A DNA stretch of 64,000 bases from Isurus oxyrinchus (taxonomy: Eukaryota): assembly GCA_026770705.1 (NCBI GenBank), contig JANJGN010000008.1, positions 87,978,001-88,042,000 of the forward strand, given 5' to 3'. The notes beneath the pieces are model-generated. The model did no database searches. It saw nothing but the letters and a program-made list of their open reading frames with translations, and was not told where the DNA came from. A program made the position numbers and the translations under genes. Below are positions 62,151-64,000 of the stretch, piece by piece; position 1 is the stretch's first letter; every line of letters begins with the position of its first letter.

Positions 62151-64000
62151 CATGAATGTAGATGCCACAGGTAGAGTTGATGAGCCTCATATTTTGCTGA
62201 ACCCACATACAGATGTGTATGTGTTTGCTTAGAGCTGTCATCACTTTGTTAGCCTTGTATTTGCTAGTGTGGCCTGTGCTGTGTTTTATGGACAAATCCT
62301 GCTCTCTTACTGGACTCATTTAGACTGAGAGACTCCTTGAAGTTGGTGCATCAATCAAGCCTGAAGTGACTGCTTTTATATGTACTTCAGACAGACCTTT
62401 ATAACGTACTGGAATTTAAACCTTTTATTATAAACATCCTATCCCACAGGGACAGTAAAGAACTATTGATAATTCCTGTCCCCCTCCTCAACCCATAAAT
62501 TAAATTTTCCTTGCATGTAAATCAAATACCTAAATTACTCCCATTGAAAAAGTACAGCTTTAACTTCAGTCCTTGCACCCATTTCTGTGTGTGTATACAA
62601 AAAGTACGCTGTAGCTCACTGCCTTGACTAAATTGGCTTCTTCTGGCCTTGAGAAGTATAATTGTCTCTATGTACATGTTACCTATTGTTCCAGAAAGGA
62701 TAGACCCTGATCATAATGAGCTGCCGGGGTTTTGCTAAGAGCTTTAATGTTCAATTTACAACCAGAAACAGAGGAGAGTCATAAAATATTGCACTCACTG
62801 AAAGGAACAGGACCTCCGCAGTGACCCCTAGTTGGACCCCATGATAGTCTGTAAATATTGAATTGTGGGTAGAGTACTATCCTGATCTTCATCTTCATGA
62901 AGCAATATCTAGAAGGAGTTTGAATTTATTCTTTCATTAGATGTGGGCATCACTGGCAAAGCCAGCATTTGTAATGGTGAGAGTAATTAGAGGTTGTAAA
63001 TGAAGCATTTCATTGCAGCTTTGAAGTGCATTGGCTTGAGTGTTATTTTCTTTGAAGGATAACTGCCTGATGAATAATCATATTGAATGGCGGAGCAGGT
63101 TTGAGGGACCATACCGTCGTCTCCTGCTCCTATTTTGTAAGCACTAATGAGCCATGGTAGATATATCTTTGGCCAGGTGTTTGTTTTTGTCAGGATGTGG
63201 AATTATAGTTCTCCTCTGCTCGGCCCAATCTCAGGTGAGCATTCTCTACCGCACCAGAGTGAAGATTTGTGTTTTGCATTTTTCACATCACCTGTCCTTG
63301 GGCCTTTATGGACGCTCTTTGCATTTAAAATAGGCCTTAAGTAGTGAGCCCACGTCTACTAGAAATAAGATTTGCAAGTTCCCACAATTGTGTAGCAACC
63401 CGAAGAAGGGAGAAACTTTATGGCATTCATTCGGAGCTACATCGCACAGATGAATGGTAATGCATGGAAACCTGGATGTTGGAAGCTGTTGGTTGGTGGT
63501 TCTGGTTGGTGTTATATCTGGAGATATCATCACATGACCTCCCCATGCTCCTGCCATTTGTCATTCCTTTAGGTGTGCTGCCTTCCTATGTTGATTGGAA
63601 AAGAAACAAATTGTTTGTCACCCTATTGGATTAACATTCACTGTCAGCAAAACACAATTTTCCCAACTCCAATAACTTTAAAAAATGCTCAAAGTGAAAA
63701 AAACCCCACAATTTTGTTTACTAGCGCAATGATTTCTCACCTGGATTGTTCACAGCCATGTCCCATCCATAATCCTGGGAAGAACCCAGGAGAATTGCAC
63801 ATTCAGAGAGCTGGAGCAGACTCAATAGGCCACATGGCTTCTTACTAAGCTGTAATGAGTGTGTGATAATCCTGAAAGGTTGGTAATCCTAACTATCTGC
63901 ACTGTTACGTTTCCTTAGCTGCACAGCATGTTCAAAAAATTCATTGCAACCCAAGCTCATAGACCAGATTTGGGTTGCAGAACTGTATTGATTTGTACAG

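Noticed and set aside
63975-64000. TTGATTTGTACAG at the window end as the acceptor of DPYSL exon 2
   Set aside because: The polypyrimidine tract is weak and no downstream sequence is available to test for SDRLLIKGG.

Overview
Repeat-rich vertebrate genomic DNA. The SINE/LINE repertoire (HE1-type SINEs, HER1/CR1 LINEs, Deu-domain SINEs, Penelope-like elements) points to a cartilaginous fish such as a shark; this is inference. Almost every ORF in the track is transposon debris or spurious. The only host coding sequence I recognise is a 42-48 nt first coding exon at 47681/47687-47728 (+) that the ORF track missed. It encodes (MM)MSGYQGKKNIPRIT, the N-terminus of a short CRMP/dihydropyrimidinase-related isoform (DPYSL2 or DPYSL3), so the rest of the window is probably its intron and upstream region. 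A Gypsy LTR element (- strand) is split inside its gag zinc knuckle by a young Penelope-like element (RT plus GIY-YIG, tandem pseudo-LTRs, two minimal hammerhead ribozyme motifs). The most unusual signal is a set of tiny non-coding fold-back insertions built only from the Penelope hammerhead/terminal region: 38904-39134 (perfect 98-bp arms), 52246-52517, and an older copy at about 42150-44475 split by a CR1. The two younger ones are flanked by 13-14 bp target-site duplications. Also present are Harbinger-type MITEs, a Harbinger Myb/SANT gene remnant, many nested CR1/L2/SINE insertions, a possible solo LTR, microsatellites and a G-rich tandem array.
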